Assembly: GCA_050298295.1 (NCBI GenBank) | Contig: JBNKTW010000071.1 | Location: forward strand, 7,092-71,091 | Direction of reading: 5' to 3' | Length of the DNA: 64,000 bases | From: Rhodomicrobiaceae bacterium | Lineage (GTDB): Bacteria > Pseudomonadota > Alphaproteobacteria > Rhizobiales > Rhodomicrobiaceae | In this document: positions 49,196 through 58,900 of the stretch, piece by piece | Position numbering within the stretch: the stretch's first letter is position 1 | Layout of the letters: each line of letters starts with the position of its first letter | Program-made: the position numbers and the translations under genes | Notes under the pieces: model-generated | What the model was told of the DNA's origin: nothing | The model's input: the letters and a program-made list of their open reading frames with translations, nothing else | Databases searched by the model: none

Positions 49196-51862
49196 ATGAA
49201 AACCGACGTGCCCCAACCAATCTATCTCAAGGACTACGCGCCGCCGGCCTTCCTGGTCGATGAGACGGTGCTGGATTTTACCCTGTCCCCGGAGGAAACG
49301 CGCGTGCGCTCGCGGCTCTCGCTGCGCCCCAACCCGGCCTCGAAGGCTAAGTCCGGCGTTCTGAAGCTCGACGGAGAGATGCTGAAGCTCATCCGCGTTG
49401 CCATTGGCGGCAAGGAGCTGGACGCTTCGCACTATGAGGTCACGGAAAAGTCCCTCATTATCGAAGGCGTGCCGGCCAAGCCGTTCACGCTTGAAATCGA
49501 GACGGTCTGCAACCCCGAGGCCAACAAGGCGCTGTCGGGCCTCTACCGCAGCAGTGGCGTCTATTGCACCCAATGCGAGGCGGAAGGCTTCCGGCGCATC
49601 ACCTACTATCCCGACAGGCCCGACGTGCTGTCGAAGTTCCGCGTGCGCATCGAAGCGGATGCCAAGGAAGCGCCGGTGCTGCTGTCGAACGGCAATCTGA
49701 TCGAAAGCGGCGATGCGGGCGCCGGCCGGCATTACGCGGTTTGGGAAGACCCATTCCCGAAGCCGGCCTATCTGTTCGCGCTGGTGGCCGGCAAACTCGG
49801 CATGGTGCGGGACAGCTTTTACACCCGCTCGCAGCGCAAGGTTGATCTCCGGATCTACGTCGAGCCGGGCAAGGAGGACCGCTGCGGCTGGGCCATGGAG
49901 TCGCTCAAGCGCGCGATGGAGTGGGACGAAAAGCGCTACGGCCTCGAATATGACCTCGACACCTTCATGATCGTGGCCGTCTCCGACTTCAACATGGGGG
50001 CCATGGAGAACAAGGGGCTCAATATTTTCAACGATGCGCTGATCCTGGCCCGCCCGGACACCGCCACGGACTCCGATTATCAGCATATTGAAGGCGTGAT
50101 CGCGCACGAATACTTCCACAACTGGACCGGCGACCGCGTGACCTGCCGCGACTGGTTCCAGCTCTGCCTCAAAGAGGGGCTTACGGTTTTCCGCGATCAG
50201 GAATTTTCGGCGGACATGCGTTCGGCCGTTGTGAAGCGCATCGGGGACGTGCGGGCCCTAAGGAGCGGGCAATTCCCGGAGGACGCCGGCCCGCTCGCCC
50301 ACCCGGTGCGGCCTTCCTCATTCATCGAGATCAGCAACTTTTATACGCGTACCGTCTACAGCAAGGGCGCCGAGCTTTGCCGAATGATGCAGACGGTGCT
50401 CGGGAAGGAGGGCTTCCGGCGGGGGCTCGATCTTTATTTCGAGCGGCATGACGGGCAGGCGGTCACGGTGGAGGATTTCGTCGCCGCGCTGGGGGACGCG
50501 AATGGCACCGACCTTTCAGGCTTCCTGCTTTGGTACAATCAGGCGGGAACACCGGCGCTCGATGCCCGGCTGACCTATTCGGCCGGTCCGCGGACGGCGC
50601 GGCTCACTCTGTCGCAGTCCTATCCGAATGCCGCCGCCGGGGACAAACGCAAGCCGGTTCCCATTCCGGTCAAGCTTGGCCTGCTGGACGCCAATGGCAA
50701 CGAGTTTCCGCTTAAGAGCGGCGGGAAGCCTGTGCCCGACGGCCTGGTGGTTCTGAGGAAAAAGAAGGAGACTTTCACCTTCGAGGATATCGGCGAGCGT
50801 CCCATCCCGTCGCTGCTGCGGGGCTTCTCCGCTCCGGTCAAGCTCAATGGCGGGGTGAGCGATCGTGACATGCTCACGCTGATGCGCTCGGATAGCGACC
50901 TCTTCAACCGCTGGCAAACCGCGCAGGCTTTCGCGCTGAAGCACATGGTGCAAATGGCCCAGGCGATTGCGGAGGGAAAGCCGGCCCGGCCCAATCCGCG
51001 CTTCGTTCAAGCCGCGGGCGCTGCCGCCGGCGATGAAAGCCTCGAACACGCCTACCGCGCGGCCTTCCTGGTTATGCCATCGGAGCCGGACATCGCGCAG
51101 GCGATTGGCGGAAACATAGACCCCGAAGCAATTCATGCCGCCCGCGCGGCGCTGCGCTCGGCGCTGGGCAAGAGCCTGCGCCCGGTTCTCGAAAACCTGT
51201 ATGAGCAGAGCAAGCCGGCCGAGCCCTACTCGCCGGACCCCGATAGTATTGGGCGGCGCGCACTGCGGCACGCGGCGCTGGGCCTGCTTGCGGCGGGCAA
51301 GAGCCGCTTCGGCATCGCCAAAGTGAAGGAGCTCGCGCGCACCGCTTCCAACATGACCGACGCAATGGGGGCGCTTGGCATCCTCTCGCAGCTTGGCGGC
51401 GAACCTTTCGAAGGCGTGCTTCAACGCTTCCACCGGCGCTGGAAGGACGAAGCCCTGGTTATGGACAAGTGGTTTGCCCTCCAAGCAACCGCGCCCGGCC
51501 GCGAAACGCTGAAGCGCGTGGCGGAGCTTGCCTCTCATCCGCTGTTCTCGATCAAGAACCCCAACCGCGCGCGCTCGCTTTACGGCGCGTTCGCGCATGG
51601 CAATCAGGTGCGCTTCAACGACGCCAGCGGGCAGGGCTACGAACTGGTGGCGAATGCGGTGATCGAAATCGACAGCTTTAATCCACAGATTGCTTCGCGG
51701 CTGCTCAGCGCCTTCGAAAGCTGGCGGATTTTGGAGCCCCAGCGCAGGGGCCTCGCGGAAGCCGCGCTGCGGCGTGTGCTCGCCAAAAAGGCAATTTCGC
51801 GGGACCTGTTTGAAATTGCCACAAAAATACTTGGCCAAGAGGCCGGTAAAGTGGCAGCTTAG
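49196..51862 (+). CDS. pepN: Aminopeptidase N
   Basis: TQCEAEGFRRIT, GAMENKGLN, HEYFHNW, LKEG, VYSKGAE. Confidence 0.97.
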   Translation: MKTDVPQPIYLKDYAPPAFLVDETVLDFTLSPEETRVRSRLSLRPNPASKAKSGVLKLDGEMLKLIRVAIGGKELDASHYEVTEKSLIIEGVPAKPFTLEIETVCNPEANKALSGLYRSSGVYCTQCEAEGFRRITYYPDRPDVLSKFRVRIEADAKEAPVLLSNGNLIESGDAGAGRHYAVWEDPFPKPAYLFALVAGKLGMVRDSFYTRSQRKVDLRIYVEPGKEDRCGWAMESLKRAMEWDEKRYGLEYDLDTFMIVAVSDFNMGAMENKGLNIFNDALILARPDTATDSDYQHIEGVIAHEYFHNWTGDRVTCRDWFQLCLKEGLTVFRDQEFSADMRSAVVKRIGDVRALRSGQFPEDAGPLAHPVRPSSFIEISNFYTRTVYSKGAELCRMMQTVLGKEGFRRGLDLYFERHDGQAVTVEDFVAALGDANGTDLSGFLLWYNQAGTPALDARLTYSAGPRTARLTLSQSYPNAAAGDKRKPVPIPVKLGLLDANGNEFPLKSGGKPVPDGLVVLRKKKETFTFEDIGERPIPSLLRGFSAPVKLNGGVSDRDMLTLMRSDSDLFNRWQTAQAFALKHMVQMAQAIAEGKPARPNPRFVQAAGAAAGDESLEHAYRAAFLVMPSEPDIAQAIGGNIDPEAIHAARAALRSALGKSLRPVLENLYEQSKPAEPYSPDPDSIGRRALRHAALGLLAAGKSRFGIAKVKELARTASNMTDAMGALGILSQLGGEPFEGVLQRFHRRWKDEALVMDKWFALQATAPGRETLKRVAELASHPLFSIKNPNRARSLYGAFAHGNQVRFNDASGQGYELVANAVIEIDSFNPQIASRLLSAFESWRILEPQRRGLAEAALRRVLAKKAISRDLFEIATKILGQEAGKVAA

Positions 51863-52087
51863 TCAGGTGTAACCTTAGTTCGATTCGCTCGCGCGGGGCT
51901 TGCGTCCTCCGGCGCCGCCTACCGGAGCGGCGTTAAGCAGCCGCGCGGCGCAATGGATCGTTGGTGTGAGCGCGCGGTATCTACCTTAAGTGGCTGGGCA
52001 CAAGGCTGCGTGGCAAGGTTTTATTAACCAAGACCCGGCAAAGTTAAGATCTCAGTTACGAAGAGTTCAATCCACCGGCAGGACGGC

Positions 52088-53998
52088 ATGGCTATAAATG
52101 CAACGCGCCAGTCATACATCCAGCCCCAGTCCGCTTCAGACGAGCGGCTTCCGGGGGGGAAGAGCCTAGCTTCGAGGGCAGGGCCGCTTTTGGCGAACCT
52201 GCGGCGGAAGGCCGAAACGCACGCTCAGGCTCTGGCGATGGCGCTGGGGTTCCTCGCTTTGCTGCTGCCCGCGGTCAGTGCGTTCAGTCACGGCGTGCTC
52301 GGCGCCGCCAGCAACCTGATAGCGCTGTCCGCCGCCGCGATTGCGCTCGTGCTGGTCTATAAGGCGGGCCGCCGGGACGCCGAGGGGTTTGAAAGCCGGG
52401 CGCAGTATTACAGCACGCAGTCGCAATGCGTCGCGGCCGCGGGCGGCGCGGTTTTGCGCTGGAACCTTGTGGACGGCGAGCTGACCTGGGCGGGTGGGGC
52501 GCAAGGGGTTTTCAGCAACTGCGATGCTCCGGCCAACTTCCGGGATTTGAGCCCATATCTGCACCCCGAGGACTCGGTCTACAATCTCGTCTCGGAGGCG
52601 CTCAAGGCCCATTCCCGCAACGTGTGCTGGACGCTCAGGCTCAAGGATGGCGAGCGCGGCTGGCGCGCCTACAGCCTGCGCGGCCAGATCGACCATGGCG
52701 GCCGGGCCAATCCCGCGCCCGTCTTTTCGGGCGTCTTGCTGCCCCAGGAGACGGCGCACGCCCATACGCCGCCGGAGCAGGGCGGCACTGCGCGCATACG
52801 GGCCATCATAGAGGCGCTGCCGATGGCCTTCGTGGTCTGGGACAGCTCGAAGCGGCTACAGCTTTGCAATCGCAAGTTCCGCCAAATCTACCGGATCGCT
52901 CCAGGGAAGGCGCTCCCCGGAACGCCGTTCGGCGACTTGCAGAACCATGCCAAGGAGCTGTTGCTGCAAGGCCCCACGGACACGGCCGGCGCTCCCGGCC
53001 GTTTCCAGCTTAGTGAAAAGCAGATGGGCGACGGCACTTGGCTGCAGGTTTCTGAATATTGGACGGCTGACGGCGCCATGGTGAGCGTCGGCACGGATAT
53101 CACCGTGCCGAAAGTGAACGAGCAGCGGCTGCTTGAGCGCGAGCGCGAGATGCGCGCGACCGTCGAGATTTACGAGCAGAGCCGCAGGCAGCTCGAAGTG
53201 CAGACACACCAGCTCCGCGCGCTCGCCGAAGGCTACAATGAAGAGAAAATCCGCGCCGAGGCCGCCAACAAGGCGAAATCCGAGTTCCTGGCCAATGTCA
53301 GCCATGAACTGCGCACGCCGCTTAACGCGATCATCGGCTTCTCCGAGATGATGCGCGACCAGGTGCTTGGGCCCATCGGCAACGAGAAATACGAAGACTA
53401 CGCGACGGACATTGCTTCCAGCGGCCAATACCTGCTCGAAATGATCAACGATATTCTCGACATGTCGAAGATCGAGGCGGGCCGCGTGACGATCAAGCCG
53501 GAATGGTTCCCGCTCGCGCCGCTGCTTCAGGAGTGCGCCCGCGTGGTCGAGACGGCGGCCAAGGAGCGCGAGGTCGAAGTCGCGATGGCCGGAAATTCGA
53601 ACGTCCAGGTGCACGCGGATCAGCGCGCGCTCAAGCAGATTTTACTCAATCTGCTGGCGAATGCCGTGAAGTTCAGCCTGGCGGGCGGCAAGGTCGTGCT
53701 CCGGGCCACGAAGTACAAGGGTAACATCCGTATAGCCATCAGCGACACCGGCGTCGGGATCGCCAAGCACGAACTGCCGCGCCTGGGCAAGCCCTTCGAG
53801 CAGGTCGGCAGCCAGCTTACCAAGGAGCACAAGGGCACCGGGCTTGGGCTCGCGATCTCGCGGTCGCTGGCGGAGCTGCATGGCGGCAAGCTCGACATCA
53901 AGAGCAAGCCAGGGGAGGGCACGACCGTCACCTGCGTGCTGCCCGCGCAGGAGGCGAAGTCCGCCGCCAGGGCCTCCGCCACGAAGGCAGCGGCGTGA
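52088..53998 (+). CDS. pleC: PleC-like PAS sensor histidine kinase
   Basis: PAS-like domains, AEAANKAKSEFLANVSHELRTPLNAIIGFSE, HATPase boxes; adjacent to pepN. Confidence 0.8.
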   Translation: MAINATRQSYIQPQSASDERLPGGKSLASRAGPLLANLRRKAETHAQALAMALGFLALLLPAVSAFSHGVLGAASNLIALSAAAIALVLVYKAGRRDAEGFESRAQYYSTQSQCVAAAGGAVLRWNLVDGELTWAGGAQGVFSNCDAPANFRDLSPYLHPEDSVYNLVSEALKAHSRNVCWTLRLKDGERGWRAYSLRGQIDHGGRANPAPVFSGVLLPQETAHAHTPPEQGGTARIRAIIEALPMAFVVWDSSKRLQLCNRKFRQIYRIAPGKALPGTPFGDLQNHAKELLLQGPTDTAGAPGRFQLSEKQMGDGTWLQVSEYWTADGAMVSVGTDITVPKVNEQRLLEREREMRATVEIYEQSRRQLEVQTHQLRALAEGYNEEKIRAEAANKAKSEFLANVSHELRTPLNAIIGFSEMMRDQVLGPIGNEKYEDYATDIASSGQYLLEMINDILDMSKIEAGRVTIKPEWFPLAPLLQECARVVETAAKEREVEVAMAGNSNVQVHADQRALKQILLNLLANAVKFSLAGGKVVLRATKYKGNIRIAISDTGVGIAKHELPRLGKPFEQVGSQLTKEHKGTGLGLAISRSLAELHGGKLDIKSKPGEGTTVTCVLPAQEAKSAARASATKAAA

Positions 53999-54265
53999 GG
54001 CGTGGCTGCTTTGGCAGCTGGACCTGCCCGGCGGGCGGGCAGTGCGTGCCGGAAGCAACACTGGGCCGGCCGCCGCTTGCCCCACCTTGATCTCGCCGCA
54101 AATTATCTTAAATCGAATGCGCCGGGGCGCTGAGCCTCGAACCTCTCTGTACCCTGTTCGCACTAAATTAGCGGAATCAGGGTCTTCTAGCAGTGCCGCA
54201 GCTTCCGCAGGAGAACGGATCGGCGGAAGGCACGCTTGCGGGCACAAACAACGAGTACAGTCAAT

Positions 54266-55480
54266 ATGACCATAAGTGAAGAAGTAGCCGTCCCAAGCGG
54301 TCTCGGCTTGGCCGAACCAGTTCCTTCCCGCGGCGGCCTGGCAATCGCGGAACGCCCGCGAGTAGCGCAGCTCCAGGCCTGGCGGAATTCCTTCAGGGCG
54401 CAGCGCAAGGATAGCCGGTATTACGAGATCGTCGAGAACACGATCTGCCCGGATTTCGATTTCCGCTACTTCCTTATCCAGGACGAATACGGACGCACCA
54501 GAGCCGTACAGCCCTTTTTCGTCCTCGATCAGGACGTACTCGCAGGGCTTGAGCCGCGCTGGCAGAAGCTCGCCGCAAAAATCAGGCGCTTCTGGCCGCG
54601 CTTCCTTTTTATCCGCACGCTGATGGTAGGCTGCGCGGCGGGCGAGGGCCATCTGCCTTCCGGCGCCGCGGCCGCGCAGGAACTCGATGCCGAAGCGCTC
54701 TCCGCCAACATCTGCCGGCTGGCAAGGCAGGAGGGCGCGGGGCTGATCGTGCTCAAGGAATTCCCGGCCCGCTACAGGGACACGCTCTCCGCCTTCCTGA
54801 AGCGCGGCTTCACGCGCATCCCCAGTATGCCCATGACACGGCTCGATATTTCGGGCTTCAAGGACTTCGACGACTACCTGGCCAAGGCCATCAAGAGCAA
54901 GCGGCGCAATGAATTCAGGCGCAAGTTCAAGGCCGCCACGCAGTCCGCGCCCATCGAGCTGGAAGTCGTCCGGGATGCGTCCGGCGTAGTGGATGAAATT
55001 TATCCGCTGTACCTGCAGGTGTATAACCGCTCCAAAATGCAGTTCGAGAAGCTTACGAAGGAATATTTCGCCGAAATCGGGCAAAGAATGCCCGACAAGG
55101 CGCGGTTCTTCCTGTGGCGGCAGAACGGTAAAATCATCGCCTTCGCGCTCAATATGGTAGAAGGTGACACGCTATACGGAGAATACATCGGATTCGACTA
55201 CGAAGTCGCATTGAATATTCACCTCTACTTCTACGTTATGCGCGATATGGTGGCCTGGTCTATCGCGAATGGCTACAAAACCATCCAAAGCAGCGGCTTA
55301 AGTTATGCGCCCAAACTGCAAATGGCGCATGAACTGGCGCCGCTCGACCTCTATGTCCGGCATACCTCGCCGCTGATCAATCCCATCATCAAATTCATCC
55401 TGCCCTGGCTTGAGCCCACGGCCTCGGAACCTTTGCTCAAACAGTTCAAGAATTACGGAGAGCTGTGGGCCAAACCTTAA
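54266..55480 (+). CDS. GNAT-fold (FemAB/BioF2-like) acetyltransferase family protein
   Basis: FDDYL..IKSKRRNEFRRK, YFAEIG, GEYIGFDY, SGLSYAPK pattern. Confidence 0.75.
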   Translation: MTISEEVAVPSGLGLAEPVPSRGGLAIAERPRVAQLQAWRNSFRAQRKDSRYYEIVENTICPDFDFRYFLIQDEYGRTRAVQPFFVLDQDVLAGLEPRWQKLAAKIRRFWPRFLFIRTLMVGCAAGEGHLPSGAAAAQELDAEALSANICRLARQEGAGLIVLKEFPARYRDTLSAFLKRGFTRIPSMPMTRLDISGFKDFDDYLAKAIKSKRRNEFRRKFKAATQSAPIELEVVRDASGVVDEIYPLYLQVYNRSKMQFEKLTKEYFAEIGQRMPDKARFFLWRQNGKIIAFALNMVEGDTLYGEYIGFDYEVALNIHLYFYVMRDMVAWSIANGYKTIQSSGLSYAPKLQMAHELAPLDLYVRHTSPLINPIIKFILPWLEPTASEPLLKQFKNYGELWAKP

Positions 55481-55648
55481 CAGCGCCCGGATGGAGGGCG
55501 GCGGGGCTGGCCTGGCCGCGCCGCTTTCCATGTTGAGACAATCTAGCAGAGATGTTTCAACATGGCGTTAAGCGCATGACGATCGCGCAAGAGGCTGAAT
55601 TGTAAGTGGAAAACCCACCGGTGCGGCGCCTTGGGGGTGAGCAGGGAA

Positions 55649-55733
55649 GGTTAATCCGGAGCCTGCGTTTATATTTAACGGGATTCCGCGCACATGGAAT
55701 TTCGCCCAAAACGCGCAAAAACGCCGCCAAAAT
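55649..55733 (+). repeat. 84/85-bp intergenic element, copy C
   Basis: GGTTAAT-N15-ATATTTAACGGGATTC...TCGCCCAAAACGCGCAAAAACGCCGCCAAAAT. Confidence 0.8.
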
Positions 55734-55965
55734 GCGGGTGCGGAACGCATTCCGATGCCCGATTAACCACGCCCGCGTTAACTATAACCGCCAGCACTGG
55801 AAATTAACCCTCCGGCAATACTTCACAGGACGGTGCAAGTTCCTGCCGCGCGCAAGGAATTATTCACAGGCGCCTGCATAGAATCCGCACATCTGTCTCC
55901 TGCGTTCGAGATAGAACCTTATTCCGGGAGGAGATGTTCACTCCACCCGTTTGTGCGGAGGCGGC

Positions 55966-58900
55966 ATGACGCTTCGACTGATCGTGCAGGAAGAAAACGG
56001 AATCACGCAAGTGATGGAGCGCCTTCCCGGTGTCACGGAAACCGTGCCGTTCGGCGCGCTGGAGTCCTTCGCTTCGCCGCTCACCGCCGCTGATTTCGAA
56101 GATCTGCGCCATTACCTTCAAGACTATGCGAACCCTCCTCTGGCGGAGTGCGCTGGCCGGGGCGAACGTGCGGACCGGGAGCGCCTGACTGCTTACGGAG
56201 AGGCGCTGTATAAAGCCGTATTCGCGGGACGCCCGAGACGGTGCGATGCCTATCTGCGGGCCAAGCTTGCGATCGAGAACCGGAGGGGGGCCGAAGTTGC
56301 GATCAGTTCCAGAGACCCGCGCTTTCTGGTCCTTCCCTGGGAATTGATGAAGGCGCCAGAAGCGCGCGATCCCCTGTCGGTGTGCGTGGACACGTTCGAC
56401 CGCATTCTGCCCGGGGACGAGCCTGCCCTTGAGTTTGCTAGCATAGGACAGGGCTTCAGGGTTTTGATGGTTACCCCACGGCCGGCAGACATAGGCGGTG
56501 AGATATTTCCGGCCGTCGCGCGGCCTCTCCTCCGGCACCTGGAAGCAGCCAAGAACCCGGTGCGGATCGATATTTTACGGCCTCCAAGCTTTGAGGCGTT
56601 CAAGGCGCGGCTCAAGGAGGCGAAAGAAGCCGGCACACCCTATCATGCCGTCCACTTCGAAGGATACGGCCAAACCGGGGAAGGCGGGGACGCCCCAACC
56701 GTCCTTTGCGAAAGACAGGGAGAGGCTCCGCAAAACTATGCAATCTTCGAGCGCGATAACGGCGAGCCGGAGCCGGTTCGCGTCAGGGCGGTTGCCGCGG
56801 CCCTGGCTAGAGGCGATGTGCCGCTGATGATCCTCAGCGCTTGCCGCCCCCGTGAAGCCCAGACGCCGTGTGATGCCACATGCCCTGGCACCTTCATGGC
56901 GATGCAGCTTCTTGAGAGAGGCACACCCTCGGTGGTGGCGATGGGGCATCCTCTTTACTCCGTGGCCGCCGCCGCCTTCATGGCGGCGTTTTACGCGGAG
57001 CTGCTTGCGGGCAGGAGTGTCTCCGAAGCCGTCAATACCGGACGCAAGGCGCTGCGGGAGGAGACCAACCGCCTGCGCCCGAGCCTGAAAGGCAGCACGC
57101 CGCTGCAAGATTGGTTCGTGCCGGTCCATTTCGCCCGCAACTTTCTCCGCCTGCGTCAAGGCGAGGCGGCGCCTGGGCCCGCCTTCCCGGCTGAAGAGAC
57201 GGTAGCCGCCGTGCTGGACGCGGCGGCGTCGGCTGAAAACCGGCCGGCCGGCGACCTTACCGCGGCCGGGGACTTGTTCTTTGGCCGCGATGCGGAATTC
57301 TTCATCCTTGAGCGCGCCATCCGCACCCGCCACATTGCCGTGATCCATGGTTTGGGCGGCACGGGCAAAACCGAGCTGGCCAAGGGCTTCGCCCGCTGGC
57401 TGCAAGCCTCGGGTGGCCTCGGCGATCAGCGGTTCGTGTTCTTCGACAGCTTCGAGCCGGGCCATCAGGCCTTTGGGCTCGATCTGATCGCGAACCAGAT
57501 CATGGCCCGCTTCGGCGAGGCAGAGGCTTGCCGGGCCGCGGAAAACACGAAAGAGCGGGCGGAGCTTGCCTTACAGAAGCTTCGCCAGCATCGCTGCCTG
57601 TTGATCTGGGACAATTTCTCGACCGCGTTCTCCTTGCCCGACCCGAGCGGGAAAATGCAGCCCCTGGACGAAGCTCAGAGAGCCGGGGTGCTATGGTTCC
57701 TCGGCGAGCTTCACGAAAGCCAATCGGCGCTGCTCATCACTTCGCGCACGCGGGAAGAGTGGCTCGGCGGGCCGGAAATGGCGGCGCGCTGCGAGGTTAG
57801 GGGCTTAAACGAGCGCGACGTGCTGCTATACGCGGACCGGCTGCTTGCGCCTTATCCGCAGGCGAGCGCCCGGCGCGTGGCCGATCCCGCCGGCTTTAAG
57901 GCGCTGCTGGATTATTTGGGCGGCCATCCTTTAAGCCTGAAACTCGTACTCCCGCAGCTTTCCCGGTCGTGCGCGGCGGTGCTGCTGGAGGCGCTGAAGA
58001 CTCAGGAGACGCCGCTGGCCGGATTTGGCGCGGAGGAAGGGCACCTCGCATCGCTTGGTGCGAGCCTCTATTATTCCTTCCGCCATTTGACCGGCAAGGA
58101 TCAGACGCGCCTCGTTATTCTCTCTCTCTTCGAGAAAGTGGCGCCGTCGCACATTCTCGGCGCCATGAAGGATGCGCCGGAACAATTCCGGGATCTCGGC
58201 CAGCCGGAATGGGAGGCGCTTCTCGGCCGGCTTACGGATATCGGTCTTCTGACAAACCTTGGCGGCGGCCTCTACCAGCTTCATCCGGCCCTGCCGTCCT
58301 ATCTCGGTGCTCTTTGGAAATCGCAGGCTCAGGCTCCCGCTGACGCCGGCAGGGAACGCGAGGAGGCGCTCAGAAGCCTTATCGCCGCCGCCGCCAGGAT
58401 CGCCGGTCATCTGCACAGGCAGCTCCAGACGGAGGAAGCCCGTCCGGCGCTCGATCAAATCGGCGCCTTGCGGGCAAACTTCTACGCCTTCCTCGCCGCC
58501 GCCGTGGAGCGCCGCCTGTTCGCGGAGGCGCAGACGCTGATTCTGGCGCTAGATCATTATTGGCACAGCGCGGCGCTCGCGCAGGAAGCCCAAACCTGGA
58601 GCGAATACATCATCAAGGCCATCGAGCCCAGGGCGTACCAGGCCCCGGAAACCGGAACCCCGGCGCATGAACTCTGGCTGTCCGTCATGGTCAAGGAGGG
58701 CGACCGCGCGTTTCAGGCTGGCGACCTTGGCAAGGCCGAAGCCATATACCGCCGTATAGCCAGCAGTATCGAGCGGCATGGCGGCGGGAGGCCGGACCGG
58801 AATCTGGCTGACGCATATTACAAGCTCGGCATAGCCGGACAGGAACACGGCCTTCTCGAAGAGGCCGGGGCGTCGGTTGAGAAAGCCCTGGCGATTTTCG

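Noticed and set aside
52000-52050. CtrA box upstream of pleC
   Set aside because: Only TTAA/TTAACC half-sites without N7 spacing; plausible but unsupported.
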